64,000 nt of DNA from positions 992,001-1,056,000 of the forward strand of contig OZ251230.1 in the NCBI GenBank assembly GCA_965240325.2, read 5' to 3'. Positions 1 through 12,254 of the stretch are shown in pieces. The notes under the pieces are model-generated. The model worked only from the letters and a program-made list of their open reading frames with translations, was not told where the DNA came from and searched no databases. The stretch is from Rebecca billardiae RCC1528. Lineage: Eukaryota > Protista > Haptophyta. The number at the start of each line of letters is the position of its first letter. Positions within the stretch are counted from its first letter, which is position 1. The position numbers and the translations under genes are program-made.

Positions 1-1194
1 CTCTACTCACAGCCCCCCCCCGGCGCATGCGGAACTCGCGACGTGCACGGGTGGCCCCGCCAGGTACAAGGGCATCCAGACGGACTATCTGCCGACCTCT
101 ACAGTGTATCCCAAGCTTATCCCCGGCACCCGCGAGCACAACTATCGCTGAAGGTCCTGCCTGCTCAAGACTCGACGCCGTGGTCTCGGTTCTTTGGAGT
201 GAATCCTCGCCGAGCCGCTGGGGTCACACATGGCACCTCCGGTCTCGCAGGCGGCAACTCGCCGCGCCCCGGTGCACAGCCTGATACATCCGACATCTAT
301 GGCGGCGGCCATCCGGTGGTGTCGCGTTGTCACCGTCATCAGCGGCCAGGCTGGCTTCTAGTTCTGACGGCGTGTCGGGTCTACGGCGGTGCCAGGCTCG
401 GATTGAGTGCAGTGCTGCGGTCTGCTGGCGGCCAGACGCCCAGATGGCAGACTCGGACGCCGGGGTCACATGCCGATACTACGGGCAATGCTGACTCAGG
501 GAGCGGCAGCGTACTCATATGTGGAGAATGATTAAAACCGCGCTGCCACGGCGACCGCCACGGGCCGCGTCGTCCAGGATGCCGGGATGCGGCTCCGCGT
601 CAGACTGAGACGTCAGGCGGTCGGCACTTGGAAACCGCGTGTATTCCGTGTGGCCGGTCCCGGGGGACCGTACATAATCAAGCTAGTTTAATTATTTAAT
701 GGCCGTCGTACTGATCAGTGATTCATCAGAATGAGAGTCTGTAACTGTATGCGATCAGTAGTAGTCATCAACGGTGTCATTATATATATATTATATTCTT
801 TACGCGGCTGGGCGGCCGCCCCGCGCGCCCGCGCGCCGAAATCGAATGAATTAATTGACGAATGGCGAAAGTTGCGGGACCGCACCGTGCCCGCGGGACC
901 ACCGCCCGTCCGCCGTCTTTTTGCGCCTAACGAGACTAACGACTGCTGACTAGTTACCGACTCTTACTAAGTCAGTTAGATCGGCAGAGACGTCTGAATT
1001 AAATGCCGTGCTGTAAGTTATGTGTTACACATTTACTCAGACTCAGTCAGCAGAATTGAGTGTACCGCGCATTCTCGACAGAGAGTCTCAGCCGGAGTTA
1101 CTCTCAGTTAGACTTAGACTCATTAGAGTATACACTATACGGTCACTCACTTACCGAGTGAGAGAGTAGCTGCCTCTAATCATAATTGATATAC

Positions 1195-1260
1195 TATCTA
1201 TATCTATATCTATATAGATATATATCTATATCTATATCTATATCTATATATCTATATCTA

Positions 1261-1293
<33 letters not shown>
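1195..1293. repeat. (TATC/TA)n microsatellite
   Basis: Directly visible TA/TATC run. Confidence 0.95.
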
Positions 1294-1295
<2 letters not shown>

Positions 1296-1645
1296 CCGTT
1301 TACCTGCCAGTAGACAGTAGTGTTGATCATGAATCATGATGTGCTTCTGATCGGGCAAGAGCCAATTGGCAATTCGTGACTCGTGCCGTCACTGCCCGGT
1401 CCGGTCCTCCTGTCGCAATCTGTCTATCTGAGCCGGCGGTGAGCGGCTCCACGACACCACGCCGGAGCCACGCGCACGGCAAGGCACACGTGCCAGGTGG
1501 AGTGTGATGAGGAGTGTGAAGCGGAGCAGCGTGCTGCCGCGCGGAGACAGTGCGTCGTTACAGCAAGGAGGATAGATGGCAGTCGGCGTTGCCACCGCCG
1601 GCGCGCAGTGGCACACCAGCATCGCCGTGCGCCGCTGCTTCGCAG

Positions 1646-3147
1646 TCAGTCCAGAAGGGCATCCGCCATATCGTCGTCGTCGCTCTCGTCCCGCGAAGAT
1701 CCGCTCCGCTGGCGGCCTTGCTCCTGCGCCAGCAGCCGCCGAGCCTCTAGTTTGCACTGCACCAAGAACTCCTCTCGGGAGAAATCGTCGGACTGCGAGG
1801 GGGCGCGCGCACGGCGGAGGGACGGGTGGCGCGTCAGCGAGCGCGACACGCGCACTTGCGCGCGCTCCGATGCAGGTGCCTGCGACGCGCCAGGCATGGC
1901 GCCCGGCACCACGCGCGGCAGGCGGGTGGACGCGCGCGGCCGTCTACACACCACGAGCTCGCCGTTCTTATTCAAGCAGAGCAGCTTGAACGCGCGCACA
2001 ATGTAGGCCTGCCAAGCGCAGCCGCGAGGCGTGCGGTGGCCGGCGGCGGGGCGCGCGGGGCCGCGTGAGCACGCAGGCGGGCGGGCGTGTGACGGTCGGT
2101 CGCGGCGCATGCGCGCGCGCGCACCGGCGTCTCGTCGCCCTCGTGCTCGATCACATCCGTGATCAGCGTCCGCTTCTGCCGCGCGGAGATCTGCTTTTCG
2201 CGTGCCAGCTCGCAGATGAGCCGGAGGGCCGATCGGCAGAGCTCGTCGATCGCCGCGTCCTCGTCGCTGAGCAGCAGCCCGTCGTCCGAGGAGGAGGTGG
2301 CGAGGATATGCGCGGCCGCGCCGCCGCCGCCGTCGATCACCCGGCCGATCAGCCCGGAGAGGTCGTCCATCCCGCTCGACGCGCCCATGCCCGACGCGTC
2401 GATGATCCGGATGCCACCAGCCAGCCCCTCCTCTGCACCCGGCAGTGCGCCGCCGAGCGCGCCGCCGAGCGCGCCGCCGCCGAGCCCGCTCGAGCTCTTC
2501 AGGAAGCCGGCGTGGTGGTGCACGAGGTACCAGCGGCCTTTGGTGCTGCGGAAGATGTTCGTCGCCATCAGCGCGCGGTGCGAGCCCGTCGGCGCGTGCC
2601 GCATGTGCTGCGTGCACAGCACCCACGCCGTCGTGCCCCGCACGGTGACGCGCACGTCGTCCGCGTTGACCGTCAGAGCGCGCACCGCGCGGAACTGCGC
2701 GGTGAAGGCGGTCATCACGCGCTCGTAGCCGCGGAGGGGCTTGTGTCCCGCGTGCACGCAGCACACGTGGTCGTCGTTGTGCCACACGGCCGCCATCCGC
2801 TCCGCATCGCCGTTGGAGAACGCCTCGTAAAAGTCGCGGTTGCAGTTCAGCACGCCGTTCACGTCGCCGCGCTCGAGCATGAACTCCTGCAGCCGCTGGC
2901 GCGCCTGAGCCGCCTCCTCAAACTGCTCCTGGTCGACCGCGTTCTGCAGCGCCTCCTCGAGCTCGTTGAGGAACGAGTCAGGGTCGGGCTGGCTGCCACC
3001 GCCGCCGCCCGCGCCGCCTGCCGTCATGACCAGCGGCGCGCTCGGCACCTGCCGCACGCGGGCGGCGCCGACGCGCGGCGTCGGGTGCCATCCCTGTGCC
3101 GTGCCGGCCAGTACAAGCACCGCCGTTGCCACGAGCTGCGTCCACAT
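1646..3147 (-). CDS. UVR-domain + SnoaL/NTF2-like protein with signal peptide; intron 2124-2009 and probable in-frame intron 1951-1793
   Basis: MWTQLVATAVLVLAGTAQG signal; UVR motif LQNAVDQEQFEEAAQAR; SnoaL motif NRDFYEAFSNGDAERMAAVW..VCCVHAG..WYLVHHHA; splicing GT(2124)..AG(2009) joins it in frame to the ORF ending at 1646. Confidence 0.8.
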
Positions 3148-3405
3148 TGACGGTGAGGGTGGCTCGAGCGCGATGCAGCGGCCCCCGCCCGTCGATCAAG
3201 ACCCCCCTCGTGGCCAGCTGATGAGCCCGCCGCTCGCCAGCGGCCCTTTATTTGGTCCGTGTGAATTGTGAACAGTCCGGCTGCCCTGCCAGCGTCATTG
3301 CGCACGATGGCGCCTGCCGGCACCGCTCATTGAGGGCGCACAACGTCTTGCCGTCGGCAAGTGGCCGCATCGACGCTTCACCCATCCGCGCGCGTGGCGC
3401 CCTGC

Positions 3406-4062
3406 ATGCTCGCCAACGCGCCCCTGCCCGATGTGGCCTACCCGACGCCGGCTGACGAGGCGCGCGTCTACGAGCCCGCTGAGGACAGCTACCTGCTGAT
3501 GGACGTGCTGCTCGCGGAGGCGCCGCGGCTGCGAGAAGCCGCGCCGGCGGTGTGCCTGGAGGTAGGCAGTGGCAGCGGCTGCGTGACCGCCTCGCTCTTC
3601 CGCAGCCTCGCCCTGCCCGTCCCTGCGCTGCACTTGTGCACGGACGTGAACCCGCGCGCGGCCGCAACAACACGCGCGACCGCACTTCGCAACGGCGTGC
3701 GCCACGCGGATGTCGTGCGGACGGACCTCACCGGCGCCCTGCACGCTCGACTCCGCGAGCGCGTGGACGTGCTCATCTTCAATCCGCCGTACGTGCCGAC
3801 GCCTGCCGACGAGGTCGGCACCGAGCGCATCGAGGCCGCATGGGCGGGCGGAGCGCTCGGGCGTGAAGTGATCGACCGCTTCCTGCCGCTCGCGCCCCAG
3901 CTGCTCGCGCCGCGCGGCTCGCTGTACCTCTTGCTCGAGGCTGCGAACCGTCCCGCCGAGGTCGAGGTCGCGCTGCGCGCTCTCGGGCTGGGCGTCGAGG
4001 AGGCGGGCGCGAGGCGGGCGCGCAACGAGCGGCTTTGCGTGTTGCGCGCGTGGCGGCTATGA
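3406..4062 (+). CDS. N6AMT1: HemK2/N6AMT1 (Mtq2) eRF1 glutamine methyltransferase
   Basis: VYEPAEDSYLL, LEVGSGSG SAM-binding motif, FNPPYVPT, AWAGG..GREVID; first ATG at 3406. Confidence 0.93.
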   Translation: MLANAPLPDVAYPTPADEARVYEPAEDSYLLMDVLLAEAPRLREAAPAVCLEVGSGSGCVTASLFRSLALPVPALHLCTDVNPRAAATTRATALRNGVRHADVVRTDLTGALHARLRERVDVLIFNPPYVPTPADEVGTERIEAAWAGGALGREVIDRFLPLAPQLLAPRGSLYLLLEAANRPAEVEVALRALGLGVEEAGARRARNERLCVLRAWRL

Positions 4063-4501
4063 TGACCATCTGCACAGTGAGCACACTCAATTCCGAATCC
4101 ATGTCACGCTGTCAGTGTCACAGGCAGCTTCCGCGCCCGGCTCGTGCTGGATGGGTCAGGCCACCCAGGCGCCGAGCGTGGCGCCGTTGCACGTGTCCAA
4201 CAGGTACTCGGACGTGCCAGGCAAGTGCTGCCGCCTGACGCACGCGTCAGCGTGCATCTTCACAATGCATCACCACGCACAAGCTAGCGTGAAGCTACCC
4301 TGCGCGTACCCGTAGCCTAGTTGTTCAATCAGAGTGCCGAAAAAAAAGGCGGAAAAAGAAAACCACGAATAATGAATAATCAATCAGCTTGCTGAGTGTG
4401 TCCCCCGGACTCTGTCCATGAATGGCTTCCCGGACAATCGATCCCGAGCGCGTGGACACACACGAGGGAGGCTGCAGCGTGCTCCCGCGTAGCCCGGCGC
4501 C

Positions 4502-5113
4502 ATGCCCGCTCACAACAATGTGCTCCCCAACCAGCACTTCCACAAGCGGTGGATGGACCGGGTGAAGACCTGGTTCAACCAGCCGGCGCGCAAGCACCGC
4601 CGTCGCGAGGCGCGCAAGGCCAAGGCGGCCAAGATGGCGCCGCGGCCCGTCGGCCTCCTGCGCCCGGTCGTGCGCCCGCCGACGCAGCGCTACAACATGA
4701 AGCAGCGCCTCGGCCGCGGCTTCACGCTGACGGAGCTGAAGGAGGCGGGGATCAACAAGCGCGTCGCGCGCTCGGTCGGTATCGCCGTCGACCACCGCCG
4801 CAAGAACCACTCCGTCGAGTCGCTGCAGACGAACGTGCAGCGGCTGAAGGAGTACCGCAGCAAGCTCGTCATCTTCCCGGGCAAGGGCGACCTCACGGGC
4901 CTCAAGGTGGCGGATGCGGCGGAGATCGGGCAGGTCGAGCAGCTGCAGGGCGACGTGCTCCCGATCGCCAAGACGGTGCCGGAGCTGCAGTTCCGTGCGG
5001 TCGAGACCGGCAAGGATTCGGTCTTCCACCAGCTGCGTGTCATCCGCTCAGACATGCGCCTCGAGGGGCTGCGCGCCAAGCGCCGCCGCGAGAAGGAGGA
5101 GGCGACGAAGTAA
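4502..5113 (+). CDS. RPL13: 60S ribosomal protein L13 (eL13)
   Basis: HFHKRW..RVKTWFNQPARKHRRR, GRGFTLTELK, VDHRRKN.S.ESLQTNVQRLKEY; strong codon bias. Confidence 0.98.
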   Translation: MPAHNNVLPNQHFHKRWMDRVKTWFNQPARKHRRREARKAKAAKMAPRPVGLLRPVVRPPTQRYNMKQRLGRGFTLTELKEAGINKRVARSVGIAVDHRRKNHSVESLQTNVQRLKEYRSKLVIFPGKGDLTGLKVADAAEIGQVEQLQGDVLPIAKTVPELQFRAVETGKDSVFHQLRVIRSDMRLEGLRAKRRREKEEATK

Positions 5114-5664
5114 GGCGGGCGGCGTTCGCGCAACACGCCGTGTCGCGCGCGCCCCCGGCCCGCTGCACGCACGACGCGCAGGCGCGCTCCAGGCTGCAGC
5201 ACACGCACCTGTCACTCCGTGCCTGCGCGGCGGTCTGGATCCTGGCCAGCAGAGCCACAAGCGGGCTTGGCAGGCTTGTCTCTGGCTGATTCCGGCGTCG
5301 CGGCAGCTGACAGCGCTCCAGACTCGCCCTCGTTGGTTGGACGCGGAGCGCAGTGGCCGTCAATCAGTCGGCGGCATTACCTGCACGCTCGTGGTGCACT
5401 GTCGACGGTGTGTCACGATCCGGGCCGCCCGGCCGGGGCGGCACGGTCCGACGGGCGCTGCAAGGCCAGGCGTGAGGTGGCAGGTGGCGGCGGGCCGGCT
5501 GGCAGTCTGAGTGACCATCGTCGGAGAGTGATGACGGTGACCCCTAAGACAGTGTCAGCGAGTATATAGGACGACGACTGTGATGCCTCGGACTGATTCG
5601 ATCCGTGCCATCGGAGAGTGACACACACGGACACGGTCACACGTGTACACCGACACACACACTC

Positions 5665-5779
<115 letters not shown>

Positions 5780-7244
5780 CATATATATAGGCTTCTTGTG
5801 TTTAATGTCAGTGTCACTTAGCATTACGGTAGACTATAGTCTCAGTTGATCTAGTATAGCCATTAGCTAGTCGTCATCTGGTCGGTCATCACACTCACAC
5901 AGTAAATCTGTCACAGTTGCTGGGCACCATCAATAATGATCAGAATCACTACTGCACGAAGTTTCTGGCGGTTACTACTAGTTACTAGCTAAAGCAGTGC
6001 CTGCAGAACAGTATGCTAGTAGACGATGCAGACGATGAAATCCACCCTTTATGATCGACAATCGCCCGAATCGCCAATCGGGCTTCAGGTCGACTTATGA
6101 CGACTAATTCACTACGCCTACGGGCGTACGGCGTGAGCGCCACGCGTGACGGACAGGCGGACGCCTGACGCGTGGCGGTGCCGGCGCCACTGGCTGACCG
6201 GCCGCAGCCCGCTCGGCCGCGCGCCGCAGTGCTATTGGCGCGACAGCCCGACAGGCCGCACAGGCCGACGCTGACGCGGCCCATAGTGGCTCGGCCCGCG
6301 GTGGATGATGCGGCTGGCGCGCGCGGGCCGCGCAGCACGCCGTAAGTCATGACTGCTCAGGCCCGTGGATCATGACCGACATCTGACGCCGGGCTCGGCG
6401 CGGCGGGTGCCGGCCTTTCCGAACGTCCAACGGGCCGCGTCCCGCGCGGGCTGCGGGGTCCCGATTTCAGATAGTATTCGGCGCCTAAGTAGTGACTGCG
6501 TACCGTCGGGCCGTGCAGCATGACCAACGCCCGAGCAAACTACTAGCAGAATGATACATACGTGCAATGCCGTATTGGACTAGCTGTCGGACAGGCCCAG
6601 AGGAGCTGTGCTGCCTCCCCCCACAACCCACACCCCTGCGCGACGGCCACTGCATCTAGCTGAGGCTGCCGACGACCGACGGCACCCGCGTCAGGCGTTG
6701 TCGGACGGCTGACAGTGATGGCAACACAGAAGGCCAACTTAGCAAGCAGCTGGCAGTTCCGCAGTGAGACGGTGCATTTGTGTGACTCACAGCACGGGCA
6801 TGGGCGTCTCGTCCACGGCTGGGGCCGCTGCTAGCCGCGCAGCGGCTTGCCTCTCGCGCAGCTGCTCGGGGACATGCAGCGCGCGGCCAGTGTTCCATTT
6901 ACCCGTGGCCGCCATGTGCACGGCGAGCTCGTCGATGTTTGTTGTTGCCTGCTCGTTGTCTTGCTGCGATGATGTGTTTTCGGCGACGTGCGTGCGGCGG
7001 TCGATCATCTTCATCGCGATCATCGTTGCAAGCTTGCCGCCCGCGGACGACGCGTGCGCTGTTCGAAGACCCGGCCGTAAATTCCTCGCCCCTTTAGACG
7101 CCACCGGACCGGTTTCGTCGAATCGCTTCGGCGCGGCGGCCCCCCTTCAAGATTTCGATTTCCCTCATCTGCGGTTGCTTTGGAGCTTGTCGGTTGGGCG
7201 ACTGAGAACGCACGCGGCACGACGCTCATGTCCCCGTCTTCGGC

Positions 7245-8456
7245 ATGAGGAGACCGACCGCGACGCCGTTGCCGCAATATGCCAACGAGCGCCGGCCGCT
7301 GCCGCGGGTGGGATCGCGCCATCCGTTACGCAAGTACGGCATATGGCTCGGGCTCGCAGCCGTGGTACTACTAGTGCTGGCGTACCTGCCCTTGTCCCGG
7401 CGACTGCCGGCGACGCGGACGCGGCGACACGTGCTTGCCAGGATGCAGAGCGCCCACAAGCGCGCACAGGATCATTGGGGAGAAGCAGTGAAAGCCTCGC
7501 TCAGCGCTGAGTCTGCGTCCACTCTATCGCCATCGCGTCCGTCGTCTCTTTCCGACGCGCGCTCCCCCGTCGTCCCTTGGGATGGCAAGTCGATGCCTGT
7601 CGGTGTGCCGGCTGCAAGGCGAGCGGTCTTTGCCAGTGCGATGGACAAGGGCGTCTTCGAGTGCCACGGTGTTCGCCGTGCAGGTATGGCGCGAGGAAAC
7701 ACGACCCAGCTGCCACTTGCTCGCGTCAATGACGACTACTGCGACTGCGACGATGGGAGTGACGAGCCAGGCACGCCTGCATGCGCAGGCCGAGGCGGCC
7801 AGTTCGCCTGCGCGCCGGTGGAGGGCCTGCCCGAGACGGTGCTCGCCGCCTCGCGCGTGTCTGATGGCGTGTGCGATTGCTGCGATGGCTCGGATGAGCC
7901 TGTTGGACACTGTGCCAACACGTGCTCCAGCGCGCGCGAGCACCTTGCCGAGCGTCGCGCCAAGCAGCAGCGCGGCAGGGCGCGGCGTGATGACATGGTG
8001 AGAGATGCAAAGGCCCTCAGGGCTGGCGCGTCTGCGCACGCGTATGCGTCGCTTGACGCGGGCGAGGACGACGCGTTCCTGCCGCTCGCCACGCGTTGCT
8101 TCTACTCGGAGGCGTTTGGCGAGTTCATCTACACGGTGTGCCCGTTCCACAATGTCACGCAGGTCAGCATCGAAAAGGTGAAGGCTGGCGCGGGCGGGCA
8201 TGCCATCATGGGCGTCGTGCGCGCGCGCGCACGTGCGAACGCACGCAGCGCACAGGCGACGGTTCTGGGCAAACGCTTCGAATGGAGAGCGCGCGGCCTT
8301 GTCATGCTTCTGGCCGATGGCCAGCCATGCGGCGCCCGAGGAAAGAGACGGACCGAGATCTCCTTCGTGTGCGGCGACCACGACGCAGTTGGTGCTGTCT
8401 CGGAGCCCGAGATGTGCTCGCACCACATCAACTTCCTGACACCCGCAGCATGCTAA
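7245..8456 (+). CDS. Glucosidase II beta subunit-like (PRKCSH-like) type II membrane protein with MRH domain
   Basis: N-terminal TM segment; VNDDYCDCDDGSDEPGTPAC and RVSDGVCDCCDGSDE motifs; C-terminal MRH pattern YTVCPFHNVTQ..GQPC..VSEPEMC..TPAAC. Confidence 0.88.
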   Translation: MRRPTATPLPQYANERRPLPRVGSRHPLRKYGIWLGLAAVVLLVLAYLPLSRRLPATRTRRHVLARMQSAHKRAQDHWGEAVKASLSAESASTLSPSRPSSLSDARSPVVPWDGKSMPVGVPAARRAVFASAMDKGVFECHGVRRAGMARGNTTQLPLARVNDDYCDCDDGSDEPGTPACAGRGGQFACAPVEGLPETVLAASRVSDGVCDCCDGSDEPVGHCANTCSSAREHLAERRAKQQRGRARRDDMVRDAKALRAGASAHAYASLDAGEDDAFLPLATRCFYSEAFGEFIYTVCPFHNVTQVSIEKVKAGAGGHAIMGVVRARARANARSAQATVLGKRFEWRARGLVMLLADGQPCGARGKRRTEISFVCGDHDAVGAVSEPEMCSHHINFLTPAAC

Positions 8457-9354
8457 CTAGCGACGGGATGACATCGCCGCGCGACTCTGACTATGGGTCT
8501 GAAGCTTCGTAACGAATTTAAGACTCTCAGCGGCTCGTCAAGCTGCGACGCTGCTGTGACTCACACTTCATGATCAGGCGCTATGTCGTCTCTGATCGAT
8601 GAGCGCTAGCTTATTATATTATATTAAATAATAATAATCTTGCTGCTGTCGTCGTCGACCGGCTCGACCGCGAAAAATGAAATCCGTCCTGCGATGCGCA
8701 GACCAATTCTATGATTTAAAGACACAGGCACGAGGGCGCAGCTCTCCTGATTCGTCTGTAGTGGTACTGGTCGAAGCTTGCAGCAGTGGCAGTGGTGTGA
8801 GCACGTTGATGTTGGTCCCCATGGCGGATGTCGTTGTTGTCGTCGTCGACGTCGTCAGGCCCACCAGGAAGTGCATGGGTACGAAATCAAAGGCGAGTGA
8901 GCATGTTGGCGTCGGCCAGGCCGTCGATGGCCCCTACTTCGGGTCAGCAGCTGGTGCGGATGATGTCGTCGCCTACTTGGTCAGTGGCTGGTCATGGTGA
9001 TGGGCGATGGTGTAGCCTGTTGCTGCGCAGAATATTGCTGCTCGTCACTTCGACGATATATATTCTGTGACAATTTTAAAAGTATGCGATCTAGCTAGCT
9101 ACTTGACTGATAATCCTGGAGTCGCCTTTGCCAAGGAATCTGCTCAGCGGCAGCGCAACTAGCCACAGTGCGAGGCGGCGGTGTCGGGCGTGCACAGAAG
9201 AGATCGAGAGATCTCACCGAGCGAGTGAGGACCCGTCGGTACCCGAGTCAACGACGCCGATGCGCCCGATGCCCGCCGCCAACGGCCCCAGGCGGCAGGG
9301 GAGCCGCAGGGTACGGGCGCACATGTGTCCGGGAGGCTTAGCGCGGGCGTGGAC

Positions 9355-9993
9355 CTACTGTCGCAGCGGGTTGTCGGGTGACTTCTGCCAAGCTTTCCAG
9401 ACCATCTCCTTGTACTGAGACAGCTTGAGCCCGGGCTTCTCCGTCTTCACCTTTGGCAGCTCGGTCTCGGAGAATGCCTCGAACGCCGCCTTCAGCTTCA
9501 CCTTGTCGACCTTACTGTCGTTTGAAATTTCGAGCGCTGCCAAGGCGCCCTCGATGGAGCGCGCATCGATGGCCTCGGTGCGGTTGTCGTTCTCCTCGAG
9601 CTTGCCCAGATAGTCGTTCACCACGCCCTTCTTGTCCTTCTCCTCCGCTTTCCGCTTTGCATCCTTCTCCTCGTCGATGTTCGTCTGGATCTCAGCCTGC
9701 GTCAGCTTGGCGCTGAGTGACGCATATTTGCCTGGGCCCTTCTTGGCCTTGTTACCTGTGACTTTCTTCTTCGCCGCCTCCTCCATCTCCTCTTCGAGAT
9801 CCGCATCCGCGGCTGCCTTGCGCTCGGCCTTCTGTGCCTTCTTCTCCTCAGCCGCGGCTGCCTTTGCGTTCTTCTTCTTCGCACCATCCTCCCATTCCGC
9901 CGCCGCGGCGGCCTCCTTGCGGCGTGCCTCCTCAAGCGCCTGCTGCTCCTCCTGCGCAGCCTTCCTGGCCTGCCCTGCCGCCTTCTTGCTCAT
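9355..9993 (-). CDS. CCDC124: Coiled-coil domain protein 124 (Lso2/Oxs1 family)
   Basis: Lys/Ala-rich coiled coil; ARSIEGALAAL..KAAFEAF..ELPKVKTEKPGLKLSQYKEMVWKAWQKSPDNP. Confidence 0.9.
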   Translation of the reverse strand: MSKKAAGQARKAAQEEQQALEEARRKEAAAAAEWEDGAKKKNAKAAAAEEKKAQKAERKAAADADLEEEMEEAAKKKVTGNKAKKGPGKYASLSAKLTQAEIQTNIDEEKDAKRKAEEKDKKGVVNDYLGKLEENDNRTEAIDARSIEGALAALEISNDSKVDKVKLKAAFEAFSETELPKVKTEKPGLKLSQYKEMVWKAWQKSPDNPLRQ

Positions 9994-10135
9994 CGCGCAG
10001 GCTCGACGGCGGCGGCTGTCCCGCTGCGGCTTTTCGCGCGGCCCACCGGCGGACCAGACACGGAGTCCGGGCTTTCTTTCGTCTGCTTTCTCCGGACCAA
10101 GGCCTTAGTTTCATTAGAGCCAAGTTCAAGGAAGC

Positions 10136-10609
10136 ATGGCGGCGGTCGTGCCAGCAATGCTCGCCTTCTTGGCCATGTCGCCAGCGACGCACATGTCGCG
10201 TATGCTGCTCGAGTCGTCCCGCGCACGCACTGTTGGGCGCGCACGCGTTCGCCTCGGCGGGGTTGGCCCAGATAGTGACAGCTGGGACGGCCAGATTGAC
10301 GAGGAGGCGCATCTCGGGCTGGATGACGACGGCGAGCTCGACGAGGAGGAGAAGCAGGCCGCAAATTGGAAATTCGTGCCAGCGGCCGTCGCTCCTGACG
10401 GCTTTGATATGAATGATGACAACATGGACGAGTTGACGGACTGGGCCGTGGACGACGAGTGGGGCGATTCTGATGACTCGGAGAATGAGCCGAGCGTGGC
10501 GCCTGATGGAGTGCCAGCACCGCCATTGCGTGCGTTCATTGCGGACTGGGGAGTGGACGAAGAGGCGCACCTCGGCTTCGACGATGATGATGACTTTGAC
10601 GATGAGTAG
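10136..10609 (+). CDS. Small acidic protein with signal/transit-like N-terminus, function unknown
   Basis: Hydrophobic N-terminus, basic linker, Asp/Glu-rich body with DEEAHLG twice; divergent from CCDC124. Confidence 0.6.
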   Translation: MAAVVPAMLAFLAMSPATHMSRMLLESSRARTVGRARVRLGGVGPDSDSWDGQIDEEAHLGLDDDGELDEEEKQAANWKFVPAAVAPDGFDMNDDNMDELTDWAVDDEWGDSDDSENEPSVAPDGVPAPPLRAFIADWGVDEEAHLGFDDDDDFDDE

Positions 10610-11320
10610 TGATGGCGCGCCACGACGACTAGGATCCAATGATGAACGTCGATCGCTCATATCACGAGGTTCAGGAGGCCGGATGTTAGACGCAGCCGTG
10701 CGGCGCGCGGCCGGGCACCCGGGCACGCCCCGACTCCCGAATCGTCGCCCAATCACAATGCCCCTCGCCGGGCTCCGACGACCGAGGGCCGACGCTGGGG
10801 GCACAGACGCCAGACTGAGAGTAGTGAGACTGGCGGATGGTCTGGGCTCTGACCCGGCGATGTAAGCTTATTCGTCGTCTTCGTGTGCCGCCTCGGCCTC
10901 GGGCGCCTTATGTATGCCGACGGCCGCGTGGCGGCGTGGCGCGTGCACGCGCTCTTCACCGACGGCGACGCTCTGCTGTCTGCTGACTGCTGCAGCACTA
11001 GTCTGCTCAGCTGGCTGCCTGGCTGGCTCCGCTGGCTCGGCCGCGTAGTTAGACCGTAGTGATGGCTGGCCGGCGGCATCATCAGTGACAGTGGGCCCTC
11101 GCTAATACTGCTGCGGCGTGCAGGGAACCAGCTGATGAACTAGTATCATAGCTAGTGAAGTCCGCAGACTCTGCAATTACCTGCTACTCTGCCACAAACA
11201 ATAACAGGCCAACAGCCTTCATAAAATATACTGTCAATTATTAAAAATTAGAATAAACATAATATGAACTGAATTTAAAATAGCAGGACGAAATATCTAG
11301 CAGGCCCGGATGAATACTCA

Positions 11321-11325
<5 letters not shown>

Positions 11326-11395
<70 letters not shown>

Positions 11396-11400
11396 GTATA
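11326..11400. repeat. (CA)n(TA)n microsatellite
   Basis: Directly visible. Confidence 0.95.
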
Positions 11401-11910
11401 GGATCGATGTCGACGATGACTACCGGATTATAATTCATCGCGGTCGTAAATGAATGAACCGAGCAGCAGTATATACGCATAGTCACACTAAAAACCCGGG
11501 ACTACGTCGTCGCGGCTGACGAGTCAGTCCGCCGAGGCGCAGTCGGCCCGTGGGACGCGGCGCGTGGCCCGACTACGAGTACAGGCGCTGCCAAGTCCCG
11601 ACTTCTCCTGATGACTGACTGGCTCCTGGCCAGTGAACCGCAGCAGCATCCATGCAATATATCATATGAGGCCATATTTGCTCCGAAATTGCCCAAAGTT
11701 TCCTTCGGCCTCGCCGGCCAGGCCTAAATAAAGACTCAGCGGGGGGCTCTGGCCCCCCTGCGCCCCCCGCGCCTGCGCGGCGGGCGGACCTAGCTAAGAA
11801 AGTGAGACTCCGTAGGCGCTCGGGCTACCGAACGGCTAAGAAACCGAGACTATATAGCCGTGAAATCTCTGACTTCTTATTGCCCGCGACGATTGCCTGT
11901 AGTTCAGACA

Positions 11911-12022
<112 letters not shown>

Positions 12023-12254
12023 CACTTACTACTGGTGCTTATATACTAGCTACTGCTGTAGCAGCACGGCACTCGTACTCGGACTCCGAATTGTCGTAAC
12101 TGTAATCGTACACTACTCGTCATAGTCACTGCTATAATTATAAGTGTGCGGCCGCACAGCGAGCGGCTCAGGCGCTTAGCTCGTACGTAATAGTACTAAG
12201 ACTGAACTCTGAGCGAGACTGACATCAAAGTTTTGACGCAAGATTGACGAAGAT

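Noticed and set aside
6787-7104. Possible small minus-strand gene
   Set aside because: No in-frame upstream ATG or recognisable domain; cannot be supported without transcripts
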